Below, one piece after another: positions 1-8,580 of a stretch of 20,000 nt of DNA; positions within the stretch are counted from its first letter, which is position 1; each line of letters begins with the position of its first letter. Origin of the DNA: an uncultured virus (IMG/VR IMGVR_UViG_2540341129_000004) (lineage: Duplodnaviria; Heunggongvirae; Uroviricota; Caudoviricetes); the IMG/VR virus record IMGVR_UViG_2540341129_000004; one strand, 5' to 3'. The notes beneath the pieces were generated by a model. The model was not told the DNA's origin. It worked only from the letters and a program-made list of their open reading frames with translations, and did not search any database. A program made the position numbers and the translations under genes.

Positions 1-1530
1 CTTTCTAAGCTAGGTGGAGGAGTAGCATTGAATCTAAACAAACTAAGAGCCAAGGGTGAAGCAATTAAAGACGTAGAGAATGCAACTAAAGGTGTCGTAG
101 GTGTTATGAAGCTATTGGATAATGCTTTTAGATATGCCGATCAAATGGGACAAAGGCAAGGGTCTGGAGCAGCTTATCTAAGTGTATTCCATCCAGATAT
201 TACAGATTTCCTGGATACCAAAAAAATCTCAGCAGATGAAGATGTCCGAGTTAAAACACTGTCTATTGGTGTAGTGCTTCCTGATAAATTCATTGAATTG
301 GCAAGAGAAGATAAGGATTTTTACATGTTCTATCCTCATTCAGTTTACAAAGAATATGGACAGTATCTTGATGAGATGGATATCAACAAAATGTATGATG
401 AGCTTGTTGAAAACCCTAGGGTTAGAAAAGCAAAAGGGAATGCTCGAAAGCTGTTAGAGCAATTGGCCATTCTAAGAAGTGAATCTGGCTATCCTTATAT
501 CATGTTTTCTGACAATGTAAATAAGGTACATCCAAATGAACACATTTCAAAAGTGAAGTTTTCTAATTTGTGCTCTGAAGTCCTCCAAGCATCACAAGTG
601 TCAGTCTATACAGATTACGATCAGGAAGACGAAATTGGTTTAGATATCTCATGTAATCTTGGATCCATGAACATTGTAAACGTAATGAGCAATCAATCAA
701 TTGCCTCAACGGTCAGAATAGCAATTGACTCGCTGACAACTGTTACAAGGAAAACAAACATTGTAAATGCCCCAGCTGTTGCGAGAGCAAATACACTAAT
801 GAGATCAATTGGCTTAGGGCAGATGAATCTCCATGGTTTTTTGGCTCAAAATAAAATCGCTTATGAAAGTGAAGAAGCTAAGGACTTTGCAAATACATAC
901 TTTATGATGGTTAACTTCTACTCCCTGCAACGTTCAATGGAAATTGCAAAAGAAACAGGGGAGACTTACTACAAGTTTGATGGATCAACCTACAAATCAG
1001 GCGAGTATTTTGAGAAGTACGTGACAAATGATTATAGCCCTAAATATGAAAAGGTTAAAATCCTGTTTGGAGATCAACATATTCCTAACATTGAAGATTG
1101 GATGAAGCTTAAAGAGGATGTTATGAAATATGGCTTGTATCATTCATATAGACAGGCTGTGGCACCTACCGGTAGCATCTCATATGTTCAATCATCTACT
1201 GCCGGTGTAATGCCTATTATGGAGAGAATCGAGGAACGTACATACGGAAACAGTAAGACATATTATCCGATGCCAGGTTTATCGGCTCAGAACTGGTTCT
1301 TTTTTAAGGAAGCATACGACATGGATATGTTTAAGGTAGTTGATCTCATTGCGACTATTCAGCAGCACGTCGATCAGGGGATTTCATTTACCTTGTTCTT
1401 AAAGGATACGATGACGACAAGAGACCTAAATAGAATAGATCTCTACGCTCATCATAAAGGAATTAAAACACTGTATTATGCAAGAACAAAGGATACGACT
1501 CAAGAAGGGTGTCTTAGTTGCGTTGTTTAA
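1..1530 (+). CDS. nrdE: Class Ib ribonucleotide reductase alpha subunit, 5'-partial (frame open from base 1: LSKLGGGVAL...)
   Basis: Motifs GQRQGSGA, SNLCSE (catalytic Cys/Glu), APTGSIS, KTLYY and C-terminal CxxC (CLSCVV); no intein or intron in the visible part. Confidence 0.97.
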   Translation, partial: LSKLGGGVALNLNKLRAKGEAIKDVENATKGVVGVMKLLDNAFRYADQMGQRQGSGAAYLSVFHPDITDFLDTKKISADEDVRVKTLSIGVVLPDKFIELAREDKDFYMFYPHSVYKEYGQYLDEMDINKMYDELVENPRVRKAKGNARKLLEQLAILRSESGYPYIMFSDNVNKVHPNEHISKVKFSNLCSEVLQASQVSVYTDYDQEDEIGLDISCNLGSMNIVNVMSNQSIASTVRIAIDSLTTVTRKTNIVNAPAVARANTLMRSIGLGQMNLHGFLAQNKIAYESEEAKDFANTYFMMVNFYSLQRSMEIAKETGETYYKFDGSTYKSGEYFEKYVTNDYSPKYEKVKILFGDQHIPNIEDWMKLKEDVMKYGLYHSYRQAVAPTGSISYVQSSTAGVMPIMERIEERTYGNSKTYYPMPGLSAQNWFFFKEAYDMDMFKVVDLIATIQQHVDQGISFTLFLKDTMTTRDLNRIDLYAHHKGIKTLYYARTKDTTQEGCLSCVV

Positions 1531-1852
1531 AGAATGAGTCTCGCTCTTCATCTGAAGGAGCTACTTTATAGGTGAATGTTCCATTATCATCGTTTATCTC
1601 AAATTCTGGCCAAGGTAACTTAGCGTATTCGTTTGCAATAGTGTTAGGATCTCCTTTTTTTATATATTCAAGACCAACGCGAGAACCGTTTCTAGGTTTT
1701 GGCTTAACAAGATACGACTTGGCAGACTCAAAGCAATGAATCATAAAAATAATAGATTTTTTCTCTTGGATGTTCATAGAGTCAATTTTAATTGGATAAA
1801 TAACAGTATTACCGCAAGGAGTTTCAGAAGGTAGAGCTCCAGAAATAAACAA
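1514..1852 (-). CDS. Hypothetical 112-aa protein inserted antisense between nrdE and nrdF
   Basis: TTG start preceded by SD AAGAGGT on the minus strand; fills the whole nrdE-nrdF gap; overlaps the nrdE end by 17 nt. Confidence 0.7.
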   Translation of the reverse strand: MFISGALPSETPCGNTVIYPIKIDSMNIQEKKSIIFMIHCFESAKSYLVKPKPRNGSRVGLEYIKKGDPNTIANEYAKLPWPEFEINDDNGTFTYKVAPSDEERDSFFKQRN

Positions 1853-1884
1853 TACAAAAACCTCTTTTCATTTTATTTATGATA

Positions 1885-1893
1885 ATTATAGCA
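1885..1893 (-). promoter_or_regulatory. Extended -10 promoter element (TGcTATAAT) for the antisense gene 1514-1852
   Basis: Minus strand reads ttTGcTATAAT about 33 nt upstream of the TTG; no good -35. Confidence 0.5.
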
Positions 1894-1915
1894 AATAACA
1901 GGGGAGGAAAATCTC

Positions 1916-2911
1916 ATTAATAAAAAAATTCAGTATACAGCAGCAAACTGGTCAAAGCATGAAGATGATTTCACCCAAATGTTTTACAACCAAAACGTAA
2001 AGCAGTTTTGGCTTCCGGAAGAGATCGCATTAAACGGCGATCTTCTCACTTGGAAGTATCTTGGAACAAAGGAACAAGATACTTATATGAAAGTTTTAGC
2101 TGGGCTTACCTTATTAGACACAGAGCAGGGGAACACGGGCATGCCGATTGTGGCCGAGCACGTTGAGGGACATCAAAGAAAAGCAGTATTAAACTTTATG
2201 GCCATGATGGAAAACGCTGTCCATGCGAAGTCTTACAGCAACATCTTTCTAACTTTGGCTCCAACCGAGCAGATCAATGAAGTCTTTGAATGGGTTAAAA
2301 ACAATAAATTTCTTCAAAAGAAAGCAAGAACAATTGTTTCAATTTATGAAGAAGTTGAGAAAAACGATGAAATTTCACTGTTCAAAGCGATGGTTGCATC
2401 TGTGTTTCTGGAGAGTTTCCTTTTCTATTCAGGGTTTTATTATCCACTTTACTTTTATGGACAAGGGAAACTAATGCAGAGCGGGGAAATTGTGAATTTA
2501 ATTATCCGTGACGAGGCGCTACACGTCGTATACATCGGTTTATTAGCTCAAGAGATATATAAGAAACAAACGCCTCAGAAGCAAAAAGAACTGTATGAAT
2601 GGGCTTTATGCTTGCTACAAGAGCTTTATGAAAATGAACTGGAGTATACAGAAGATGTTTATGATCAGGTTGGTTTAGCTCCAGATGTAAAGAAATTCAT
2701 CAGATACAATGCGAATAAAGCTTTAAACAACCTGGGATTTGATCATCTGTTCGAGGAAGAAGACGTTAACCCAATTGTTATTAATGGATTGAGCACAAAG
2801 ACTAAATCCCATGACTTCTTTTCAATGAAGGGCGTTGGCTATAAAAAAGCAACGGTTGAACCATTAAAGGATTCTGATTTCATTTTCGATAGCAAAGGAG
2901 TTATTTCATGA
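1916..2911 (+). CDS. nrdF: Class Ib ribonucleotide reductase beta subunit; probable ATT start at 1916
   Basis: Conserved N-terminus [18 protein letters not shown] lies upstream of ATG 1979; SD GGAGG 1903-1907, ATT 8 nt later, in-frame TAG at 1889; motifs [30 protein letters not shown]; intron-less. Confidence 0.96.
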   Translation: MNKKIQYTAANWSKHEDDFTQMFYNQNVKQFWLPEEIALNGDLLTWKYLGTKEQDTYMKVLAGLTLLDTEQGNTGMPIVAEHVEGHQRKAVLNFMAMMENAVHAKSYSNIFLTLAPTEQINEVFEWVKNNKFLQKKARTIVSIYEEVEKNDEISLFKAMVASVFLESFLFYSGFYYPLYFYGQGKLMQSGEIVNLIIRDEALHVVYIGLLAQEIYKKQTPQKQKELYEWALCLLQELYENELEYTEDVYDQVGLAPDVKKFIRYNANKALNNLGFDHLFEEEDVNPIVINGLSTKTKSHDFFSMKGVGYKKATVEPLKDSDFIFDSKGVIS

Positions 2912-3150
2912 GACTGATTAAATTAGAACAACCGAATTGCAATCCTTGCAAAATGGTATCCAATTATTTAAACGAAGCAGGAGTCGAATATGAGACATTT
3001 GATGTAACACAGAAGCCAGAAGTGGCAGCGCAATATGAGGTAATGGGTGTACCGGTGACTATACTGCTTAATGAGCAAGGAGAGGAAGTAAAGCGGAGCA
3101 TTGGCTTTAAGCCTGATGAGCTTGATAAGTTAGTGAGGGAGGTTGTTTAA
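2908..3150 (+). CDS. Thioredoxin/NrdH-like redoxin (YosR-like)
   Basis: CNPC active site, GVP motif, 80 aa, ATGA overlap with the nrdF stop. Confidence 0.9.
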   Translation: MRLIKLEQPNCNPCKMVSNYLNEAGVEYETFDVTQKPEVAAQYEVMGVPVTILLNEQGEEVKRSIGFKPDELDKLVREVV

Positions 3151-3391
3151 AATCACAGAAGAGCAAAAGTCTTTAATTAAGATTGGTGACACACTTAAGT
3201 GCCTAAAAGGGGATTGGCATTTTGAAAACAATTGTAATTACACAGTTTATGGAGATAATGCAGACAACACCGGTACACCAGTCATCTGGTGTGATGAAGT
3301 ATCTCCTCATACAGTAAAGAGTTTGAATTTGGAACAGTGGGAAATCGTTCAGAAAGGATCAATAAATGAGGTTAAATATGAGAGATTATAG
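3143..3391 (+). CDS. Hypothetical phage protein (start possibly ATC 3152)
   Basis: Overlaps both neighbours; GGAGG at 3138-3142 directly abuts the TTG, and in-frame ATC lies 9 nt downstream. Confidence 0.7.
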   Translation: MFKITEEQKSLIKIGDTLKCLKGDWHFENNCNYTVYGDNADNTGTPVIWCDEVSPHTVKSLNLEQWEIVQKGSINEVKYERL

Positions 3392-3734
3392 AATGTATAT
3401 TTTAGTTAACGAGGATATCAAAATCAGCAAAGGGAAGTTAGCTGGACAGGTTGGGCATGCAGTAATGAGCTATGTATATCACAAAGCAGTCAAGCCATTA
3501 AGTGAAGGAAGAGAAATTAAAAGCCTAGATGAATATATGAAAGAACAAAAGAAAATCATCTTAAAATGCCCCCAATACAAACTTGAAGAGTTAGAACATG
3601 CAGGAGGATATACTGTTATTAGAGATAAAGGTTATACACAACTTGAGCCTAATACTCTGACTTGTATTAACTACGGCATTAAGACACCTGAACAGCTTCC
3701 TGAATGGGTGATAAATCTTAAACTCTACAATTAA
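3378..3734 (+). CDS. Peptidyl-tRNA hydrolase, PTH2 family
   Basis: YILVNEDIKISKGKLAGQVGHA, KKIILK and IRDKGYTQLEPNTLTC match the PTH2 pattern GKxxxQxxHA / KivLK / DaGxTQ..pgtxT. Confidence 0.88.
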   Translation: MRDYRMYILVNEDIKISKGKLAGQVGHAVMSYVYHKAVKPLSEGREIKSLDEYMKEQKKIILKCPQYKLEELEHAGGYTVIRDKGYTQLEPNTLTCINYGIKTPEQLPEWVINLKLYN

Positions 3735-3786
3735 AATATTGTTGGACAAAATAAATTAAAAAAACTAAAGGAGTTAATAAAACATA

Positions 3787-4215
3787 ATGCAAATTAAAAT
3801 CAAATATTTAGATGATACACAAACAAGGATCAGCAAAATTGAGAAAGGGGATTGGATTGATCTCCGGGCGGCTGAAGATGTAGTAATCAAAAAGGACGAA
3901 TTTAAACTTATTCCGTTAGGAGTGGCAATGGAGCTGCCAGAAGGATATGAGGCCCATGTCGTCCCTCGTTCAAGCACATTTAAAAACTTCGGCATTATTC
4001 AAACAAACTCAATGGGTGTTATCGATGAGTCCTACAAGGGAGACAATGATTTCTGGTTCTTTCCGGCTTATGCATTACGGGATACAGAAATTAAAAAAGG
4101 GGAGCGTATCTGTCAGTTCAGAATCATGGAGAAGATGCCTGCAGTTGAATTGATTGAGGTAGATCATTTAGGCAACGATGATCGAGGCGGTCACGGATCG
4201 ACTGGAACTAAGTAA
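3787..4215 (+). CDS. dut: Trimeric dUTPase (YosS-like)
   Basis: [26 protein letters not shown] and RGGHGSTG motifs; SD AAGGAG upstream. Confidence 0.96.
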   Translation: MQIKIKYLDDTQTRISKIEKGDWIDLRAAEDVVIKKDEFKLIPLGVAMELPEGYEAHVVPRSSTFKNFGIIQTNSMGVIDESYKGDNDFWFFPAYALRDTEIKKGERICQFRIMEKMPAVELIEVDHLGNDDRGGHGSTGTK

Positions 4216-4410
4216 TACAAGCCCTGGCTTTGATCATGATGTTTGTCCAGTGGAGGGTCTCAGCCAGGGTACAACTTAAAATACTCAAAAAGCTCGACAA
4301 TTATGCCCAACAAAGCGGTTGTTTCATGAAAAGGTTTTAAAAACAGGGGTGTTGATGGAATGCACATCTCTATAAAAGAAGACTTTTATAGAAAAGTGAG
4401 GTGAGATTCA

Positions 4411-4710
4411 GTGAACAATTATGTAGATAAAATTAAAGAACATCTTCATAAAATTGCTGAGCTTGAAAAAGGATTGTCATTATTCAGTGAAGATGAAGAA
4501 GAATACATAAGCTTATTAGCTAAGATTCAACATCAGTTTGATTTAATTTCAGATGAATCAATGGAAGGGTTTAAAGAATTAACTTTACATATAAGAAATA
4601 CAGGTCAGAAAAGAATACAACGAGGAATTGACCAGCTACCTCAGACAATCAAAGAAAGTGTAAGTGAAGAAATCAAAGACATGAAGAGAGCCGGCGAGCT
4701 TTTTGATTGA
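4411..4710 (+). CDS. Hypothetical helical protein (YosV-like position)
   Basis: GTG start after SD GAGGTGA; 99 aa. Confidence 0.75.
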   Translation: MNNYVDKIKEHLHKIAELEKGLSLFSEDEEEYISLLAKIQHQFDLISDESMEGFKELTLHIRNTGQKRIQRGIDQLPQTIKESVSEEIKDMKRAGELFD

Positions 4711-4812
4711 TGTTTGAATTTTAAACATGCCTATATAAACAGTGACAAGTATCGATTGGGTGTGAGCTTAAATACAATACATTGAATACTTTGAACAACT
4801 GGAGGTCTTAAT

Positions 4813-4995
4813 GTGTTTAGACAATATCCAATATGGTACACACCGTCGCTGTATACTTTGAATTACTTGCCACAATTTTCACCATACATTGCTTACTTGA
4901 ATAGTGCTGAACGTTGTTTTCAACAATGTATGTACCAAACTCATGGTAATGCTGAATGGTGTCATAGAAACTGCTACGGCCCAATCTATCGATAA
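4813..4995 (+). CDS. Small Tyr/Pro/Cys-rich protein, possibly spore-associated
   Basis: SD GGAGG 4801-4805; Y/P-rich N-terminus and a C-x3-C...C-x3-C C-terminus. Confidence 0.65.
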   Translation: MFRQYPIWYTPSLYTLNYLPQFSPYIAYLNSAERCFQQCMYQTHGNAEWCHRNCYGPIYR

Positions 4996-5003
4996 ACTTA
5001 AAC

Positions 5004-5038
5004 AGAGCAGTTGGATTTAATTCCTCTGCTCTAAAAAA
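5004..5038. terminator. Stem-loop after the ORF 4813-4995
   Basis: AGAGCAG(ttGGA)...(TCCt)CTGCTCT inverted repeat followed by an A-run (U-tract for the minus strand). Confidence 0.5.
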
Positions 5039-5054
5039 TAAAATAAGGAGATGT

Positions 5055-5465
5055 ATTGTAATTACATACTTTACGTTAATACTTGCAGCATACTTATTTG
5101 CACTAAACATTAATGAAATTAGATTAATTACACGAGGAGAACAGAATGTATACGCTAAAATTACGCATATGCTTTCTAATTCACCGTATAAAGAACTGAA
5201 GAAAAATAAGAACTTAGTGTATGTCATTACATTGTTCAAGGGGATTTCGTTCATTATTCCCTTGGCTACTATTGGACTGATTACGCATGGTAATTTGCTA
5301 ATGTTAGCTTGGACAGCCTTTGCTTTAATCTATACCGGTTTAACAATGTTTAAAATTCTTGATGTTTTGGACGGTGACTCAAACAATAAACAAAACAAGT
5401 TCGTGTACATTTTGTTTGTTTGCGGTAATATAGTTTTTTCTCTAATTTTTATTTTTCCTTTTTAG
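5055..5465 (+). CDS. Multi-pass membrane protein; frame extends upstream of ATG 5169 to ATT 5055/5061
   Basis: Open hydrophobic extension IVITYFTLILAAYLFALNINE follows SD AAGGAG 5045-5050; about 4 hydrophobic segments. Confidence 0.7.
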   Translation: MVITYFTLILAAYLFALNINEIRLITRGEQNVYAKITHMLSNSPYKELKKNKNLVYVITLFKGISFIIPLATIGLITHGNLLMLAWTAFALIYTGLTMFKILDVLDGDSNNKQNKFVYILFVCGNIVFSLIFIFPF

Positions 5466-5481
5466 GTCTCTTAAGTGTTAA

Positions 5482-6129
5482 TCACCATCTAAAGCCGAAT
5501 TTTTTTGGCACTTCATAGCATTTTAGACACTGAGGTTTTACATTGTAAGCATAGTGTCTAGGATTTTTCTTATTGGTCAGAAGGGATGAGTATGGTTTAT
5601 CCTCACTGGTATGCATGCATGTCGCATAGACGTTTGCTTGATTTGTGGAATTAAATACATCATGTACAGCTTGTCTCTGAATATTGTAGTTCATTTGCTG
5701 GTGCTTTAACATTGAAGGTCTACCTCCCCAAGCACATACTACACGTTCAGAAATATCTAAGTGTTTTTCAATAAGTTTATTATTTAGATATAGAATTTTA
5801 TAATACTTTTTCCCGTAAGTGGCTTTACATTTTTCTAATAGTTCTCCCAATTTGTTGGCGTCTGAAGCATAAAAAGGGAATAAGTTAAGTACTCTGATTT
5901 CACCAGCATATTTTTTTGAAAAGAAAAATGAAATAATATTATCAATAGTTGGATCAGATTTTGTTGCTGTTGCTCTAGAAGGATTCATAAGAATAATAGT
6001 TATAATGTTTCTTAAATTGTTATTTAATTTTATTTTCAATAAAAATCTAAACGAAATATTAGCACCTAAATGAAAAACTTTGCAATGAACATTTTTAACA
6101 AAATCATTATTGGCAAAGGGTATAGCCAA
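5482..6129 (-). CDS. DUF1643-family protein
   Basis: IILMNPSxA...DPTI, VLNLFP, VVCAWG and PRH motifs typical of DUF1643; SD AAAGGTG upstream of the TTG. Confidence 0.8.
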   Translation of the reverse strand: MAIPFANNDFVKNVHCKVFHLGANISFRFLLKIKLNNNLRNIITIILMNPSRATATKSDPTIDNIISFFFSKKYAGEIRVLNLFPFYASDANKLGELLEKCKATYGKKYYKILYLNNKLIEKHLDISERVVCAWGGRPSMLKHQQMNYNIQRQAVHDVFNSTNQANVYATCMHTSEDKPYSSLLTNKKNPRHYAYNVKPQCLKCYEVPKKFGFRW

Positions 6130-6179
6130 ATTAAATCACACCTTTTTTAGAAGTGAAAAAATTATACACTAACTGGAGG

Positions 6180-7031
6180 ATGAAAGCCATAAGCAATTTC
6201 ACAGATATTATTGTAAAAGAAAATTTAAAGCGGGTTTTAACTGAAGGGAAAACTGAAGCGGGTAGTTCAGTAAGACCTAAATGGAAAGATGGACTTCCAG
6301 CTTATTCATTAAAAACCTTCGGAGTTGTTAATCAATACGATCTTCAGAAAAGTTTCCCAATTTCAACACTAAGACCCACTGCTTGGAAAAGTGGATTAAA
6401 AGAGATAATGTGGATTTATAATGACGCATCAAATGATGTTGATTTACTGGAAAGAAAATATGGAGTTAAATATTGGAGGAGTTGGGCCAATAGTGAAGGG
6501 AATTTAGGATTAGCTTATGGAAGACAAATGCAATATGAGCACAGGTATAAGGAAGGCTATTTTAAACAAATTGAAAGACTGATTTGGGATCTTAAAAAGA
6601 ATCCGTATAGCAGGAGAATGATAACAAACTTGTACAATCATCAAGACTTATTTGAAATGACTCTCTATCCATGCGCATTTTTAACAATGTGGGACTATGA
6701 CGGAGAGTATCTGAATATGACATTAGTCCAACGATCTTCAGATTATCTAGTAGCTGGTAACATAAATGTCACCCAGTATGCTTTATTGCAACACATGATT
6801 GCACAATCAGTAGGCTACAAAGTGGGAAAATTTCATCACTATATTAATAACCTTCATATTTATGATCGACATGTTAACGTTGCAAAGGAAATTGTTTCAC
6901 GGGAATCTAAAGATACTCCTAGGCTTATTATTGACGATTCAATAAGGAACTTTTACGATTTTAAACCAGAGCATTTTTCTTTGGAAGGGTATAATCCTCA
7001 TGAACAAATTACGCTTGAGGTAGCAGTATAA
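6180..7031 (+). CDS. thyA: Thymidylate synthase (start ATG 6180 or, by SD spacing, ATA 6189)
   Basis: AYGRQ, NPYSRR, LYPCAF (catalytic Cys), QRSSD, N..QY and NLHIYDRH motifs. Confidence 0.96.
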   Translation: MKAISNFTDIIVKENLKRVLTEGKTEAGSSVRPKWKDGLPAYSLKTFGVVNQYDLQKSFPISTLRPTAWKSGLKEIMWIYNDASNDVDLLERKYGVKYWRSWANSEGNLGLAYGRQMQYEHRYKEGYFKQIERLIWDLKKNPYSRRMITNLYNHQDLFEMTLYPCAFLTMWDYDGEYLNMTLVQRSSDYLVAGNINVTQYALLQHMIAQSVGYKVGKFHHYINNLHIYDRHVNVAKEIVSRESKDTPRLIIDDSIRNFYDFKPEHFSLEGYNPHEQITLEVAV

Positions 7032-7537
7032 TGCTGTCTCTTATTGCTTGCTGCGACAAATCAATGGCCATCGGGTATGAGAATAATTTGCTGTACCATA
7101 TTCCTGAAGACATGAAACGTTTTAAAGAACTCACTACAGGAAAGCTGTGTATACAGGGAAGGCTTACATACGAATCAATCGTAAACATTACAGGAAAACC
7201 ACTTCAGAATCGAAGGAATATCATATTAACCAAAAACAAGGATTTCAAGCCTGATCACTCTTCTTTTGTTTATCATTCGGTTGCCGATGTATTAAAGCTT
7301 ATACGTGGTCAATTGGATACAAATGAAGAAGTAATGGTCATTGGAGGAGGCGCTATATACGAGGCATTCTTACCACATGCTGATAAGGTTTATTTAACGA
7401 TTGTTGATTCAGTCGCTGCGAATGCAGATACATGTTTTCCAAGGTTAGCTGATGACTGGAGAGTAATTGAAAAGGATCACAGAAAAGCAGAAAACAATAC
7501 CACATTTAATTATTCATTTGTGACTTACTCAAAATAA
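7031..7537 (+). CDS. dfrA: Dihydrofolate reductase
   Basis: AIGYENNL, EDMKRFKELT, GRLTYES, PLQNRRNIILT, VIGGGAIY and ADTCFP motifs; TAATG coupling with thyA. Confidence 0.95.
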   Translation: MLSLIACCDKSMAIGYENNLLYHIPEDMKRFKELTTGKLCIQGRLTYESIVNITGKPLQNRRNIILTKNKDFKPDHSSFVYHSVADVLKLIRGQLDTNEEVMVIGGGAIYEAFLPHADKVYLTIVDSVAANADTCFPRLADDWRVIEKDHRKAENNTTFNYSFVTYSK

Positions 7538-7561
7538 TTAAGAATAAAAATAAAATAGTTA

Positions 7562-7590
7562 TAGACTTTTGGAAAGTTGAATGATAAGAT
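7562..7590 (+). promoter_or_regulatory. SigA-type promoter TAGACT-N17-(TGn)TAAGAT
   Basis: -35 at 7562-7567, 17-bp spacer, TG at 7582-7583, -10 at 7585-7590; A-rich UP-like region upstream. Confidence 0.6.
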
Positions 7591-7619
7591 AAAGACAAGT
7601 TAAAAGCTTGTCTTTTTTT
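7591..7619 (+). terminator. Intrinsic terminator downstream of thyA-dfrA
   Basis: AAAGACAAG-ttaaaag-CTTGTCTTT followed by a T-run. Confidence 0.7.
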
Positions 7620-7664
7620 ACATACTTTTAGAATAAAAATAAAATAATATATAGGAGTGACGAT

Positions 7665-8030
7665 ATGAAAACTGCAAAAGATTATCTTGTTTCCATTTCC
7701 AAACCTCTTGTTGCAATTGAGGAGACTAAACAACGACTTCAAAATGAAATTGATAACCTTTATAAAGAGCTAGGGAAAGTTGATAAAGAGCTCAATGAAT
7801 TTTATCACAAGCTAGAAGAGGCAAAATTTAATGCTTCAGAGGGATATCATCTTTCGTTAAAAGGTCAAAGGATATTGAGAAAGAGAAGAAACTTAAAACA
7901 AGAGCTCCAATTAATGAACACACTTTTCGGGAGTTTGAACAATAACGGTTGGACTCTTGAATCACTAAAAATTGCAGAGTATAAAATTAGCAAAAAGAAA
8001 AACAAGCATTTACAGTATGAATCAGTTTAA
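7665..8030 (+). CDS. Hypothetical coiled-coil phage protein
   Basis: SD AGGAGTG; 121 aa with a helical heptad pattern. Confidence 0.8.
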   Translation: MKTAKDYLVSISKPLVAIEETKQRLQNEIDNLYKELGKVDKELNEFYHKLEEAKFNASEGYHLSLKGQRILRKRRNLKQELQLMNTLFGSLNNNGWTLESLKIAEYKISKKKNKHLQYESV

Positions 8031-8088
8031 AGACATAATCCACATTCACATTGTGAAAACATATTTAATCTTATAGGGAGGTGATAAA

Positions 8089-8457
8089 TTGCAACAAAAA
8101 GAGCAAGAATTGCTGTCAAAGGAAGAACAGCTTGAAATTGATGTTTTAGAAAAGGAAGCAGCTTTACTCCGGCTAGAAGTGGAACAAGAAGATTTCAATC
8201 TCCACAAAATTGGGGAGATCGGAGTACTTAAAGATTTTCTCTTATACATAAAGAAATACAGAGCAATGTTTACTGTGCAGCAAGCAGAAGAATTTAGAGA
8301 TATGGATGACCGAATGAAAGAAATTATTAAAGTGCATGATGGACAAGTAATGGTTGATGAAGAAGCTTTAGAGGGGTTCATTTGTGAAATTGAAGATCAA
8401 ATTAATTTAATTGGAAGTGATGGAGATAAGAATAGTGGTGTAGATGATACACGGTAA
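8089..8457 (+). CDS. Hypothetical acidic protein (YosX-like)
   Basis: SD GGGAGGTGA, TTG start; position and size resemble SPbeta yosX. Confidence 0.8.
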   Translation: MQQKEQELLSKEEQLEIDVLEKEAALLRLEVEQEDFNLHKIGEIGVLKDFLLYIKKYRAMFTVQQAEEFRDMDDRMKEIIKVHDGQVMVDEEALEGFICEIEDQINLIGSDGDKNSGVDDTR

Positions 8458-8484
8458 TGCGCCCGGGTTTTTGGACGCAGAGAA

Positions 8485-8580
8485 TTAGCGTCCAAGAAGG
8501 GCGAAAATAGGTTTTCTGAATGCGAAAACAAATGCCGCTGTAAGTGCGATAACTACTTTATCTTCGGTTGATACTTTCAT
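8485..8580 (-). CDS. 31-aa hydrophobic peptide MKVSTEDKVVIALTAAFVFAFRKPIFALLGR (not in the ORF track)
   Basis: SD AAAGGAGG (8596-8589) 8 nt before the ATG; hairpin TTGGACGC/GCGTCCAA spans the stop. Confidence 0.75.
   Translation of the reverse strand: MKVSTEDKVVIALTAAFVFAFRKPIFALLGR

Larger units (their letters stand above)
7541..7646 (+). repeat. 17-bp direct repeat AGAATAAAAATAAAATA (7541-7557 and 7630-7646)
   Basis: Exact copies bracket a promoter and a hairpin. Confidence 0.75.

Noticed and set aside
1531..1915. nrdE-nrdF gap as a group I intron
   Set aside because: Both genes are complete on either side, no P7-like core was recognised, and an antisense ORF with an SD fills the gap
2277..2474. 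Alternative-frame ORF inside nrdF (likewise 3947-4153, 3774-3995, 12165-12506)
   Set aside because: Fully nested in well-supported genes, with no recognisable motifs
4817..5254. 145-aa minus-strand ORF
   Set aside because: Shadow of two plus-strand genes that have SDs, and it crosses a terminator hairpin
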